From the human T2T-CHM13v2.0 reference genome, Homo sapiens, in the NCBI RefSeq assembly GCF_009914755.1, contig NC_060948.1: a stretch of 64,000 bases of DNA, one strand, 5' to 3'. Shown here piece by piece: positions 21,824 through 34,785 of this stretch. The notes beneath the pieces were generated by a model, which worked only from the letters and a program-made list of their open reading frames with translations, was not told the DNA's origin and did not search any database. Positions within the stretch are counted from its first letter, which is position 1; each line of letters begins with the position of its first letter. The translations under genes and the position numbers were made by a program.

Positions 21824-24800
21824 AGTCCACCCCTTGTTAACTCGAATCAAATCACATCTCCTGCTATAATACATAATCTTCAAATGCAGACAGAAATGAG
21901 GTAATAATTACACCTAACATAATACAATTATCCTCTTACAGCCAGGAATGCAGCAATCCCCAATCCAAACACTATTTCATAAAGTTTACAATACACAAAT
22001 GTTGATAAGAACTCAATAAATCTTACGTAGCATGATAAAGGAAAATAAAAAAAATATTTTCTTAGTACATGTGTATACATGCACAAACTTTTTTTTTAAC
22101 AAAAGAAGGAGGAAATACTTAAGACAATTAACGTCCTCATTTCTGCAGCTGGTCACTTGTTTATAGCGGATATGGATGACTAACTTCTTCTAACACCCAT
22201 TCTGCCTTCCTTTTGTCTTCCTCAAGCACCTCAGCAGGTTGCGGTTTTTATTGTTTTGTTGTTGTTGTTCCTTTTGTTGTTGTTACCCTGGTGAGTGACC
22301 CAAACCTTAATACCTGAAGGGTCTGATCCAACTGTAGCCCGGTCAGAATTGGGCTGTTGTAGTTTTCCACTGACCTTAATCGCACGTCATGGTAATTCTG
22401 GAACACATCTTAATGCATCTTCTGTATTTTATGCCACACTCTTTCTTCCCTCCATTGTGGAGGAGTAGGCTGATTTCATCTTGATAGTTCAGGTCAATCA
22501 ACCCAGTCAACACTGTAACTGCCTTTTTACAATGCTGACGTAAAGGTAGGAGGAGGCCCAAGTGTCCAGGTGACAATCTTGACTTCCAGTTTAATGGAAT
22601 CATTATTGTTTCATCTGGTGGCAGCGCTTTTCCTCGGGGAGCTAAGACCTCTAGGCCAGCAGAACATAATATCATAAGAAACAGGAAACAGAAATGTTGC
22701 TGGTGAAACACCAGGAGCGATAGTGAGTGGTGAAATTTCTACTTCTATTGCTTGATTCCTGGACCAGCGAATTTTGGCTACAGAAGTAACAATGCCATAT
22801 ATTGGATGCTGATTCAGAGAACATATGGTCTTCTGGAGAACTTTGCCACAGCCCTGCAAAGTATTGTCACATAGTTGGCATTGCAATTGTAACTTCAAAA
22901 GGCCACTTCACAATCTTATTAATTTAGTTGCTTCAAGATAATGAGAAACATGGTAAGACCAGCAGATTTAATGAGCAGGAGCCCACTGCCACATTTCTTT
23001 AGCTGTAAAGTTAGTGCACTGGTCAGAGGAAATGTTGTGTGGAATACTGTAATGGTGAATATGGCATTTTGTGAGTTCATGAATGGTAGTCTTATCAGAA
23101 GCATTGCATGAAGAATGGGGAAACCCATATCCACAGTAAGTGGCTATTCCAGTGAGGACAAACCTCTGCCATTTCCTTGATGAAAGAGTTCCAATATAAT
23201 TAATCTGTCACCAGGTAGCTGGCTGATCACCCCAAGAAACTGGGCCATACTGAGGGCTCAGTTTTGGTCTCTGCTGCTGGCAAATTGGGCACTCAGCAGT
23301 GGCCATAGCCAGGTCAGGCTTTGTGAGTGGAAGTCCATGTTGCTGAGCACATGTGTAACCTCAGTTTCTGCCACCATGGCCACTTTGTTCATGGACCCAT
23401 CGGGCAATGACAGGGGTGGCTGGGGAAAGAGGCAGAGTGGTGTCCCTGGAACCAGTGTTTTTATCCACTTGATTATTAAACTCTTTATCTACTAAGGCTG
23501 CTCGTTGGTTAGAACTCACATGGAATACAAATATTTTGACAGCTTTTGACCACTCACAAAGGTCCGTCCACATACCTCTTCCTCAAATATCTTTCTCACC
23601 AATATTCTGATCATGCATCTACCAAGTGCCTGACACCCAGACAAACCATTGGCTATGGACCATGAATCATTATATAGTCAGAAATCTGGCCATTTGGGTA
23701 TTGACATAGGCTGAAGGAGAGAAGATGGGGTGGCTGCAGTGGAGATCGTGAGCATTTGAACCACTTTCTCATGTAACTTAGTTGTGCCTTAGGACCTGCT
23801 TAAGCCTGGCCACGTGTATACCACATCCATTTCATGATGAAATGCTGCTGCGCACAACCCACTTTAAGACTCGATGGGTCAGAAAGCACCAAGTTCATGA
23901 TAGACAGTGTACTTCACATGGTGACTTGATGACCAACATTGAAATGTTCCACCAAAGCCCAGCAATGGGCCAGGAGCTGTCTCTCCAAAGAATACTAGTT
24001 ATCTGCAGAAAATGGCAGGGCCTTGCTTCAAAATCCTAGAGGTGTATGGTCTGATTCACCTGTGGGAGCACTGCAAAGTATTGTCACATCGTTGGCATTG
24101 TAATTGTAACTTCAAAAAGCCACCTAACCGTTCTATTTATCCAGCTCCTTCAGGATAATGGGAAACAGGGTAAGACAAGTAGATTTAATGAGCAGGACAC
24201 TGCTGCCACAGTTATTTAGCTCCAAACAACATCCCTATCTGCCACTGAAATTTCAAGCACCATTGAATCTCCTGGTTCACATGGCCCAAAGAGTAGAGGG
24301 GTTTGCAACGCAGCCTGAAGTAGTTGCAGAGTCTTTTCCTGTTTTGGATGCCCCTGAAAGCTGGCAGCCCTTTGGATCACTAATAAGTGGGCCAGTGGGA
24401 CATATTCAAATAAAAAATGTGCTGCTTCAAAAATCCAACTAGGCCTAGTAGGTATTGTGCCTCTTTCTTGGTTATAAGAGGGGCCTCACGCAACATCTTG
24501 TTCTTCACCCTGGAAAGGATATTTTGACAGGCTTCCCAAGACTGGACCTCTAGGAACATTACGGAGGTAGAAGGTCTCTGAATTTTAGTCACATTTATTT
24601 CACATCCTCTGGTACATAAATGTCTCACCAATAATTCAAATGTGCTTGCTACTTCTTGCTCACTCATCAAATCAGCCTAATTTCATCAATGAGATGGATG
24701 AAATCATCGTGATACTTTACAGAAGTGAAGAGCAATCAAGGTCTCTCTGAGTAAGATTATGACAGGAAGCCAGAGAGTTAATATACCCCTGAGCAAGGTT

Positions 24801-26005
24801 AATAAATGTGTATTGCTGGCCTTGCCAGCTGAAGGCAAATTGCCTCTGGTGGTCCTTATAGACAGGAATAAAGAAAAGGGCACTGGCCAAGTGAATGGCT
24901 GTATACCATGTGACAGGAGATGTATTAATTTGCTCAAAAAATAAACCATATCTAGAATATCAGCTGCATGTTGATTCACAACTGTATTAAGTTGCAATAC
25001 TCCAATGTGATTATCCAAGGTCCACCTGTCTTTTGCACAGGCCAAATGGGAGAGTTGAATTAGAATGTGCTGGTAATTACCAATCCAGCATCTTTGAAAT
25101 TTTTGATGGTGGCACCCATCTTCACAATCTTCTCAGGGTTTTGATATCATTTCTTATTTACTATTTTTCTAGGTAGGGGCAGCTCTTGTGGCTTCCATTT
25201 AACCTTTTCTATTGTTGTAGCCCTCACCTTGGAGGTCATGGAAATGTGGGATTCTGCCAGCTGCTAAGTATATCTATGCCAGTTATGCAATTTAGCACTG
25301 GGAAAATGACCACAGGATGACTCCAGGGACTCACTGGGCACTCTGTAAATCTGACCTAATAAGCTAAAGCACTATTAATTACCTGACCTCCCTGAGCTCC
25401 TACTTTAACTGCAGGACCACAGTAACATTTTGGGTCCCCTGGAACCCACATCAGCACAGAGCTAGTGGCCAGTAGTTTCTCCAAAGTCTGACTATTTCCC
25501 TTTCCCTAGTACACAATTACTTTGGTAAAGCCTGGAGGTCTTCTTGGGGAAAGATTGTGTAAAGATTCACTGCATAAATAGTCAGTTGTGTTGTGGGTTT
25601 CTTGGTCAAGGGAACCCAGCCTCCTCTTCATTCGATGGATTCTCGGTCTTTAAACTGTCTCTAGCCTGGTAATTGATGGAGGGGCCGTACTTCTCTGTTT
25701 TCATCATTCCGAATAGTGATTTGTCCTTTTGACGCAACGATTTCTGTATGTATAACATAAGTATGAATGCAGTAAGCTTTCCATCAATTTCACTTGCACG
25801 AACACCGTGACTAATTAACCAATGGCAAGGCTCTACAGGAGTCACATTATTTGACTGCCACTATCCCTTCGCTGTGCCCACATTACCTTTGATGGTTGAG
25901 TGGTGCCACTTGACCCCTATCACACTGGGATCCAACTATTCTCATCATATTTAAATTTTGTCGTTGCATGACTGTGGTTTCCATAGAAGAGCAATTACAG
26001 GGCAA
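21824..26005 (-). mobile_element. HERV-L internal region (gag end, pro, pol, dUTPase), degenerate; left copy
   Basis: Fragments: KIQRPSTSVMFLEVQ (RT), KIFVFHVSSNQ..HEQSGHGG (RNaseH/IN), GLEVLAPRGKALPPDETIMIPLNWK..GHLGLLLP..GLID (dUTPase, 22376-22711). Confidence 0.9.
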
Positions 26006-26157
26006 TTGTGCCCACCAGATTAAGGGTGGAACTACCTTCTCCAGCCCACTGTCCCTAGTGTTAATCTCTTTTAGGCAACACTCACACAGACACATACCAA
26101 ACTAATACTCTGTATCTCTCAATCCAGTTAAATTGATACTCAGTGTTAGCCATCACA
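26005..26157 (-). mobile_element. MLT2B-type 5' LTR remnant (first ~150 bp), fused to gag by deletion
   Basis: Reverse complement tgtgatggctaacactgagtatcaatttaactggattgag parallels the LTR starting at 21823. Confidence 0.8.
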
Positions 26158-27455
26158 GGCTCTTGGCGATAAATTTGCTGGTCCCCACTAAGGCTCCACC
26201 TTCAAGCCGGTTACAGCCTGAGGTCCAGGTTCCAGGCTGATGGACAAGAATGGGAACCACTGTTGCTTTTTTCTGAAACGCATGCATTGTTGCCAAATAA
26301 TCCAATCAGCAAGCACTTTCTTTCCTTTGAAGCAAATAATATTCCTGGACTCAGCCACATTTGAGGACTATTCAAACTACCAGCCGTGGAGAGGAGCTAC
26401 CTACCCAAGGGCCATCTCTCTCCTGCAAGCTTAGGAGATGTCAGGACTATCAGCAGTGGGCTGGAGCTACCCACCACAGTCTCTGCTGAAAGCTGGGGAG
26501 ATAATGGGATGACCAGCTAGAGTGAGGAGCTACCCACTCGAGGGTCTTCTCTTTGCTGAAGTCTTAGCCAATCTTGGAACCACCAGGTGTGAAGTAGACC
26601 TACCCACTCCAGGGTCTTCACTCTGTGGAGAGCTTAACATCTCATAATATGACCAGCTGGATGGAGAAGCTACCAAGTCCAGGGTTTCTTTCCTGCTGAG
26701 AGCTGGACACTAAGCCTTGACAACTTGCCTGTAGAGATAAGCCGCCCGCTCTAAAGCCGTCTCTCCGCTGAGAGCTGGACCCTCATCAGAACATCCAGCC
26801 TGTGGAGAAGAGCTACCCAATCAGGATCTCTTTTGAGTTCTGTCCCTCAGTAAATCTTGTCTATAAAGGTCTCACTCTCCACGTGTCCATCTACCTCATT
26901 CTTCCTGGATAAAGAACTATTATTTGAGAATCACTGAATGGTGGTGCTGAAAGAACTGTAACACAAACAGGGAAAAACATGTCTCTTGCTCATCACATTG
27001 TGAAAGACAAAAATAAGAGGACAGCTAGGCTATCTCAAAACCAGGGCTGTGACACCCTCTTTAGGGCTTTGCTGTTTCTGGCATCCTGAAACTTCTGGGC
27101 ACCACTACATTCCCCAGTATCAGCTGTGGAAGCTGCTTGCAGTATGCCTGGTCCAGCTGCTGCATCTCAGTGAGATGGCACTTCTGTTGGTACCTAAAAT
27201 TTCCTGCTTTGCAACAGCTGGCAGGCCTGGCCGTCTATAGCGGCTGGACCCCACACTTGCTCAAACACCATTGCCACTCTACCTCACGTTTGCCCTTGGC
27301 AGCTGTTAAATCCTGGCCCATAATGCAAGCTGAGTGCAGCCTGTCAGGCAGAGTGGGTAGAGCTAGCTTAGCAGGCCTGAGAAAACACAGGCAAAGGCAC
27401 CACTGGCCACAGAGGTTTTCAATTGGTAAGGTGACTCTCCCAAAATCCCATGACA
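26158..27455 (+). mobile_element. MER52-like LTR with internal ~60-bp tandem units
   Basis: Repeated gaggagctacccact..agggtct..ctgctgagagctggac units (26380-26830); terminus ggccacagaggtttt...cccatgaca. Confidence 0.75.
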
Positions 27456-28109
27456 AAAGGAGCATAGCTAGTTGCGTTTAAATGCCTTTCTTCTATTGGA
27501 TCTTGAAATACTTAAAATTCAGTCTCCTACAATTTGGAATGTTTAAACCTTATTTGAAAATCATTATATTTCAAAATCTTTTGGAAATTAAAGTTGAAAG
27601 ACTGGTATTTCCACTGAAACACCCTATCCCTCTTACTTGCACAGACATCTAGTCTCTGAGAATATACTTCTGTAATTCATGGCATTGGGCTTCAGGTTAG
27701 CACTCTTCCACTGTGTTATAAAGCTTTCTAATGAAACAGAATTTCTGATTTTGACATTTTGTACTCATAAAATTTCTTTATGTGCGGAGCTTTTGCTGTG
27801 CATTGCAGGATGATGAGCAGCATTTCGGGCCCCTTCCATTAAGTGCAATTGTAAACGCCTTTTTTTTTTTTTTTTTTTTCCCCATGGAAGAAATGCCCAA
27901 ATATGTTTGTGTCTTGTGGAAGCAAAATTGATGGCTATCTTTATCGTATAAGTTAATACCCATGAAAAAACTGATGGTAGTGAGCTAGTGCAGTCATAGG
28001 AATGTTTTTACATTGTTCTTTGGAATGTCTATCAGTACAGACAATGTGGAAAAGTGTGTGGTGATTCACACTTTTAGTCTTTCAGAATGCCAATCCCACT
28101 GGATTCAGC

Positions 28110-28440
28110 AATTTCATTACTGGGTGTATAGTACCTGCAAAATTAGTCATTCTATTACAAGGACGCATGCTTGTGTATGTGTATTACAGCACTATTCACA
28201 AATTCAAAGTCATGGAATTAACCCAAATGCCTATGAGTGACAGACTGGATAAAGAAAGTGGGAAAACAACACCTTCAGGACAAATAGCTAATTTATGCAG
28301 AGATAAATACCTAGGTGATGGGGTAATGGGTTCAGTGAACAACCATGGCACACGTTTACCTGTGAAATAAATCTGCATGTCCTGCATACATATCATGAAA
28401 CTTAATATAAATTTAAATTAAATTAAATTTAAATTAAAAG
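28110..28440 (+). mobile_element. L1 3'-end fragment with internal deletions
   Basis: cagcactattcacaaa..gtcatggaattaacccaaatgcc; aaccatggcacacgtttacctgtg..ctgcatgtcctgcataca. Inverted remnant at ~43100-43175. Confidence 0.75.
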
Positions 28441-28604
28441 GCTTTCATTTTTGTAGCAGTTATAGTAACTTTGGAATGTGTGCCACACCTTATTTAAGAG
28501 ATTTTATAAAATAACTATAAATCAGAGTTTTGACAAACTGCACCAAAAAGTAAATAAGTAGTATATTTCAATTCTCAGTTGATTGAATTTCTTTTCTTTC
28601 ATTT

Positions 28605-28863
28605 TGAGGATGGAATCTTACACAGTGTCTTCAGCTGGAGTGCAGTGGTGCAATCTTGACATGCTGCAACCCCTGCTTCCCAGCTTCAAGGGATTAAGCT
28701 GCCTCAGCTATTTGATTAGCTGAGATTACACGTGTGCACCAACACAGCTGATGGGGTTTCACCATGTTGGCCAGGCTAGTTCCAAACTCCTGACGTCAAG
28801 TAATCTGCCTGCCTCATCATCTGAAAGTCCTGGGATTATAGGTGTGAGTCAGGATGTCTGGCC
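28605..28863 (-). mobile_element. Alu (old, linker deleted); mirror of 42663-42935
   Basis: gctggagtgcagtggtgcaatct...gggtttcaccatgttggccaggct...gggattataggtgtgag. Confidence 0.9.
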
Positions 28864-29307
28864 GTTGAATGAATTTCTAATTGAGAAACTTATCCATCTT
28901 GCAAAACTTTATTTTCTATATCATACTTTTATGAGTTTCTTCATATGTCTCATAAGTCAAGAAAAATAATATAATGTTAATGCATTCTCTTTTCATTGGA
29001 AATGAATGTATATCCATTTATATGTAATTAAAAGAGAAAGTCTATTTAGAATGTCATTTTTCTTTTGTGTAAAACTCTGGGGTTTTAGAAATTTCTTTAA
29101 AAATATAACTTTGGAAACTAATTACATTTCTTGACATAAATGGTTGTTTTTTAAGGATCTTTTTTGGTAAGAAAATTCAAAATTGTTTGAAGATACAATG
29201 AGTTGTTTAATTATATCAAATAAACATAAAGGTATTTTCTTTGAGAAAACAGGTTTTTCTTAATTTAGGTTTTCTACAAATAATATTATGATTACTTTCT
29301 CTTCCTA

Positions 29308-30166
29308 AAATTAATTTATGTTTTCATCTTCCCTGTATCAAGAGTTCACCTGCAATGTATAAGAAGTAAGAACTGCCAGCAGAACAGGCATTTCCAAGAT
29401 GTAGGTCACCCACTACCATGAATCCTAGCTTGAGCTACTTGTTGCGCCAGCTATTGACTGTGTAAAAAAATCTAAAAATGAGAGTAGGCTCTTTGACTGC
29501 AATATATGACACAGACAAAGCAATAACTAGTGAGTAGTTTAAATTATAAATCTGATTTTATTCATCAATATTCATTTACTTTGGTTTGAAATACTACTTT
29601 TTCATTTAGAAAAAGAAGTAACTCACTTTTTTTTTGTTTGTTTGTTTTTGGTCAACTAGCCCAACATTTTGTAGTCATCAGGTATGTAAGTAGAAGAACT
29701 TTAATGAGAGAATACAATTTTTTTGAAGACGATGCCTTTCTTTAATGGTTTCCTATAGCTGGTTTTGGTAACTTAACACATGAGTTGTTTTTATCATATG
29801 TGAAAAAATACGGAAATGTTACATTAACGAGGGGCCAAACTTAATGCTATAAAATGTTATATTTAAAATGTATGCACTGAAGTTGCTTAATGTTATTTTA
29901 ATTAAATTCTAAAAGAGGAATGGTTTTGAAAATCATGATATTAGAAGGAAACATTTGAGTGCACTTTATTACTTCTAAATGTCCAAATAAGATCCACAAA
30001 AAGGTAGCAATGTTTAAACTTACACAGAACTGAAACTCAAAGTGGGAGGTAATGTAAGCAAATTAACATACAGTAACATAAAACTTAGTGTATTTCAAGA
30101 TTAAACTAAGTGTTAAGTACGTAATTAACAAACATATTCAGTATAGGCCTGTAATAAGTAAATATG

Positions 30167-30201
<35 letters not shown>

Positions 30202-31356
30202 CCATGTAAGTTTTTTTTTAACACATTGTAGGAGTTTCCAGCTAACTCACTGATTAAAAGATCAAATCTTCATTTGCATTGTGAGATCCATGTAGAGGGA
30301 AAGATTTGCTTTTAAAAAACACTTTTTTTGTTAATTTATTTAATGATTGTATTGACGTGGTAAATATATATTTGCAAATGAGTGTTTTTAAACAAACACT
30401 GCTGTTGTTAAATGCTTTAGCTAACTGTTTTACATAGTTAATATATATATATATTTTCACTATACAGGATGATATATACTAACAATTATTAACTGATCAC
30501 CAATTTTATATTCCTGTTCCAGAGATTATCTCTGTGCCTGCAGTAATCCATATATATAGCTATTTATTTATTTTCTTACACAAATGAATATATACAATAG
30601 ACTATATTGTTAACTTTGTACTTCGTCACACATCTGTCAGTATATGAAGATCCATTTAATTTTGTTTGTAGATGCATAACTTGCAATTCAATGTGCTCTA
30701 ATTTATGCAGTCCACCGCTGAGATGGATTGACGTGTAAGTGGTATTCAGTTTTACACTAAATAAAGAAGAATTTACACTTCCACCATAATTTTAAACACA
30801 CCATCGCATTGACTTCATCTCACAACAAAATTCTGAGTGCAGGCAAAGTGATTATCATTATTTGCTGAGGAAAGAAGCAGATATTTGCATGAAAGTTATA
30901 GCTTTATGAGTCAGAACAATAACTTAAAGGAAGTGCTCACTTAAAACTGGGAAAACTCTCATTTTTTTTTAATGTAAAGTTCTAATGGCAATGAATTGAA
31001 TACAATCATTTTAAGTGCAAAAGTTTTTAATGAGTAAACTCATAATGATCAGTTAAGTCTGCGTTTAACACATGAAAATTTAATACTACGCCGTCTTCTA
31101 TAACTCAAAGAAAGCTTTTTTTTTTTTTTTTTTTTTTTCTTATCTCAGCTTGTGAAATATTTACTGAGTGGGACTATCTGCCCCCGTTGGACCCCACCCA
31201 ACAAAAGTATTTGTGGGACTCAAAGACGCTGGTGCTACTTATCAAATACATGCTGTGATCCAGCAGCTATACCTGATCCCTGTCATCGGCCACAGCATTT
31301 CTACCATTGAAAACACAGGTAGTGACATAGATGATGATCGTGGGGCTGGGAAATGA
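29308..31356 (+). pseudogene. USP9Y-like unprocessed pseudogene fragment (two exons: 29308-29529, 31149-31356)
   Basis: Exon A reads LIYVFIFPVSRVHLQCIRS..ELPAEQAFP..AIT|gtgagt (USP9: [30 protein letters not shown]). Exon B follows a poly-T/ag acceptor and reads [43 protein letters not shown] (USP9 Cys box [22 protein letters not shown]). Phase-1 intron preserved; frameshifts present. Confidence 0.9.
30171..30198. repeat. (TA)n microsatellite, ~14 units
   Basis: Read directly. Confidence 0.9.
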
Positions 31357-31359
31357 GGG

Positions 31360-32229
31360 TTTTCATCCTTCAGACTTCAGAATGGTTGGTCCATTGACAG
31401 CTTGATGGTGTGCCCAGAAAAGCCCGTAGACACTCAATGCCAGATAGTGAAAGCAGTTGGGAGGAAGGCTGTACCCCATAAAGCCTCATGGGGGGATCTG
31501 CTCAAGACCATGGAAACCCACCTCTTGCATCAGCATGACCTGGATATGAGACATTAAGTTAAAGAAGATCATCCTGGAGCCTTAAATTTTTAGTGCCTCA
31601 TCAGATTTCAGATGTACTTAGGGCCTGTAATCCCTTTATTCTGGTCAGTTTCTCATATTTGGAATATCTGCATTTTCCCAATGCCAGTACCCCCATTATA
31701 TCTAGGATGTAACTAACTCGCTTTAATTTTTGCAGGCTCATAGGCAGAAAAAACTTGCCTTGTCTCAGATAAAATCTCAGACTTTGGACTATTGAGTTAA
31801 TGCTTGAATGAGTTAAGACATTGCAGTACTATTGGAAAAGCATGACTGGTTCTGAAATGTGAGGATTTGAGATTTTGGAGGGGCCAGGGTTGGAATGATA
31901 TGATTTGACTATGTCCCCATCGAAATTTTATCTTGCATTTTTACATGTGGTGGAGGGGGATGAGATAGGGAGTAACCATATTGTGGGGGCAGGTGTTTTT
32001 TTGTGCTGATCTTGTGATAGTGAATAAGTCTCATCAGATCTGATGGCTTTAAACATCAGTGTATCCCTGAACCAGCTCTCTCTTTGCTTGCTGCCATCAT
32101 ATAAGATGTGACTTGCTCCTCTTTGCCTTGCCAGATACATAAATCTCTAAGTCCATAAACTACTCTTCCTTTTATAAATTGCCCAGTCTAGCGTATGTCT
32201 TTATAAGTGCATGAAAATGTACTAATATA
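31360..32229 (+). mobile_element. THE1 (MaLR) internal 3' end plus LTR (LTR 31896-32229)
   Basis: cccacctcttgcatcagcatgacctgg internal motif, PPT gaggggccagggttggaa, LTR tgatatgatttgactatgtcccc...actaatata. Confidence 0.85.
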
Positions 32230-32464
32230 GTACAAATGTCATATTGACTAATAAAGCTCTGAAACTTTAGTTTCACAGTCAAGTCAAGAAGTAAATAAAA
32301 TGCAAGTATACGTAGGTCTCTGAAAATGTATATCAAACACTTTTTAGTTCAGCAACATTTTATTAACATCTTTTAATAAAAACAAGGCAGAAAGAGTTGT
32401 GAAGTCGTTATTATAATGCACTCTATACTTGTATAATTTGTACTAACTTAAGACTAAAGCCATT

Positions 32465-32636
32465 TTACTTTTCTTAAGAGACAATTTTCTATGCTCCAGC
32501 TGGAATGAATACAGTGGTGCCATCGTCACTAACTGCAGCTTCTAACTCCTGGACTTATGTCATCCTGCTTCCTCAGCCTCCCAGTTAGTAGCTACATCTA
32601 GAAGAAAAGGCCAGTAGGCTCAGCTAATTATTTAAC

Positions 32637-32697
<61 letters not shown>

Positions 32698-32950
32698 TTT
32701 TTTCTTAGAGTCAGAATCTTGCAGTGTTACTCAGGCTGGCCTCAAATCCTAGGCCTAAAGTGATCCACCTATCTTGGCCTCATTAAGTGCCAAGATTACC
32801 AGTGTTAAGCCACCACATCTTCTCATTTTTAAAAACTTTTTGTAAAGATGGTGTTTCAGGATTTTGACAAGCTCTGTTCCAAATTCCTGGCCTCAACTGT
32901 CCTTTTTTTCCTTGCCCTTCCAAATTATTGGAATTATCAACATGAGAAAC
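32465..32950 (-). mobile_element. Old AluJ-like element plus adjacent Alu monomer
   Basis: Degenerate Alu motifs (cctcagcctccc, caggctggcctcaaatcct); the STR sits in the linker. Confidence 0.75.
32637..32692. repeat. (ATAG)14 tetranucleotide STR
   Basis: Perfect repeat, counted directly. Confidence 0.95.
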
Positions 32951-34104
32951 AAAATCTGATGTAAAAACTGATCCACTTTTTAAATTATAAGTAAAGATTT
33001 TGTTTAGAATAGATAAAGCTTAATACTGAATGATAAATTAGAATAAGCTATGATACAAATTTTTTGAAGTCAGAGATAATTTTTAATTAAAAAATGCATA
33101 TTTAGATTAGAGAATTTTATGTTTACCAAGAATTCTCACACAATTACTGCAAAAATGTTTTTCGCATATTTAAAAATTGAAATAATAATTTTGCTGTTAG
33201 GAAATATAAAGCAGTATAATAGACAATCAAACCAATTATAATTACATTATGAGTGAAATCCAAAGCCATGTACCAGTCACTGGCAGGAACACAAACATTT
33301 TTTGGTGTAAAATCCTGTGGTAATGATGAATATAGAGGCAATTTGTATGCTAATCATAGCAAATTCTTTTCCCTCATGCAGAAAATAATTCTACTGTTCA
33401 AAAAAAATTATATATAGAGTCAAAAACATTTGTATCTTGAAGCTGTTAATAAAATATTTGTTAGTTAAGCCAAATCTTAGTGATTACCTCACCGCTTCAC
33501 TGACTCATATTTCAAACTGCTTGAGTAAAAAATAATAATTAATATAACACATAAATGCTCTTCCATATTTCCATATATTAAAAACCAATATTCTAAGGTA
33601 AAGATATCTTAAATATTTTACCTTGAAATAACTAAACCAAAAAGGCAGCACATTCATATAAATTAGATCTAATGATTTCATAAAGAAAGAAGAAGAAGAT
33701 TGAAGAAATAGATTAAACACATTCGATACCTTGTAAAAACTCCTACAAGCCAAACACAAATTACTTACCATAAGAAGCAAATCTAAATTGTTACACTGAG
33801 TACAGTTTAGGTTTTAAGAAATCTGTGTTTGCAGAATCTGTAGGTGTAAAAGGTCACTTATTTGTTGTAAATTACAAAAGATTACTGACACAGACACTGA
33901 TGCTTTTGTGGTTCCATATAGCCACTACTATCTGACTGTTACTGTTCTGATGTGTTTTTTATGCTATGAAGCAGAATTTGGTGTGAGTAAATTGAAGATA
34001 CATGATAAGCAATAATAATAGCAGCTGATATTTATAGCACTTAAAGAGGTAATACACTAAGAGACACACAGATACTAATGAGTTTAATTCTCACAGGTTT
34101 TTTT

Positions 34105-34125
34105 TCTCTCTCTCTCCTCTCTCTC

Positions 34126-34189
<64 letters not shown>

Positions 34190-34222
34190 CCCCCCCCCCC
34201 CTTTCTTTCTTTCTTTCTTTCA
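34105..34222. repeat. Polypyrimidine compound repeat (CT)n-(C)n-(CTTT)n (Alu tail)
   Basis: Read directly. Confidence 0.9.
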
Positions 34223-34430
34223 GATGTTAGGGTTTTACTCTCTTCCCCTAGGCTGCGGTGCTATGGCAGGATCTCCGCTCAGTGTAACATATGCCTCCCA
34301 CATTCAAGAAATTCACCTGTCTCAGCCTCCCCAGTATCTCATTTTACAGGCATCTGCCACGACGCCTGGCTAATTTTCATATTTTTAGCAGAGGCGGAGT
34401 TTCACCCTTTTGGCCAGGCCGGTCTCACTG
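34222..34430 (-). mobile_element. Partial Alu
   Basis: gatctccgctca..ctcagcctcccc..gcctggctaatttt..ggagtttcacc..tggccaggccggtctc. Confidence 0.85.
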
Positions 34431-34456
34431 TCTTATAAAAAAAACGTTTGAGACCT

Positions 34457-34785
34457 GGCCGGGCGCGGTGGCCTGTAATCCCACGCCTGTAATCTCAACA
34501 CGTTGGGAGGCCGAGATGGGCAGATCACGAAGTCAGGAAATCCCAACCGTCCTGGCTAACACGGTTCAACCCTGTCTCTATTAAAAATACTAAAAAAAAT
34601 TAGCCAGGCGTGGTGGCTGGCGCCTGTAGTCCCAGCTACTCTGGAGGCTGAGGCAGGAGAATGGCGTCAACCTGGAAGCTGGAGTTGCAGTGAGCATAGA
34701 CCGGGCCACTGCACTCCAGCCTGGGTGACAGAGTGAGACTCTATCTCAAAAATAAATAAAAAATAAGTAAATAAAATAAAATACA
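34457..34785 (+). mobile_element. AluY-like element
   Basis: ggccgggcgcggtggc...cctggctaacacgg...ggagaatggcgt...A-rich tail; flanked by an imperfect 'agacct' target-site duplication. Confidence 0.92.

Noticed and set aside
26380-26830. Regularly spaced ~60-bp repeats resembling a CRISPR-like array
   Set aside because: The whole unit is degenerate-repeated with no unique spacers; this is the internal structure of a MER52-like LTR in primate DNA.
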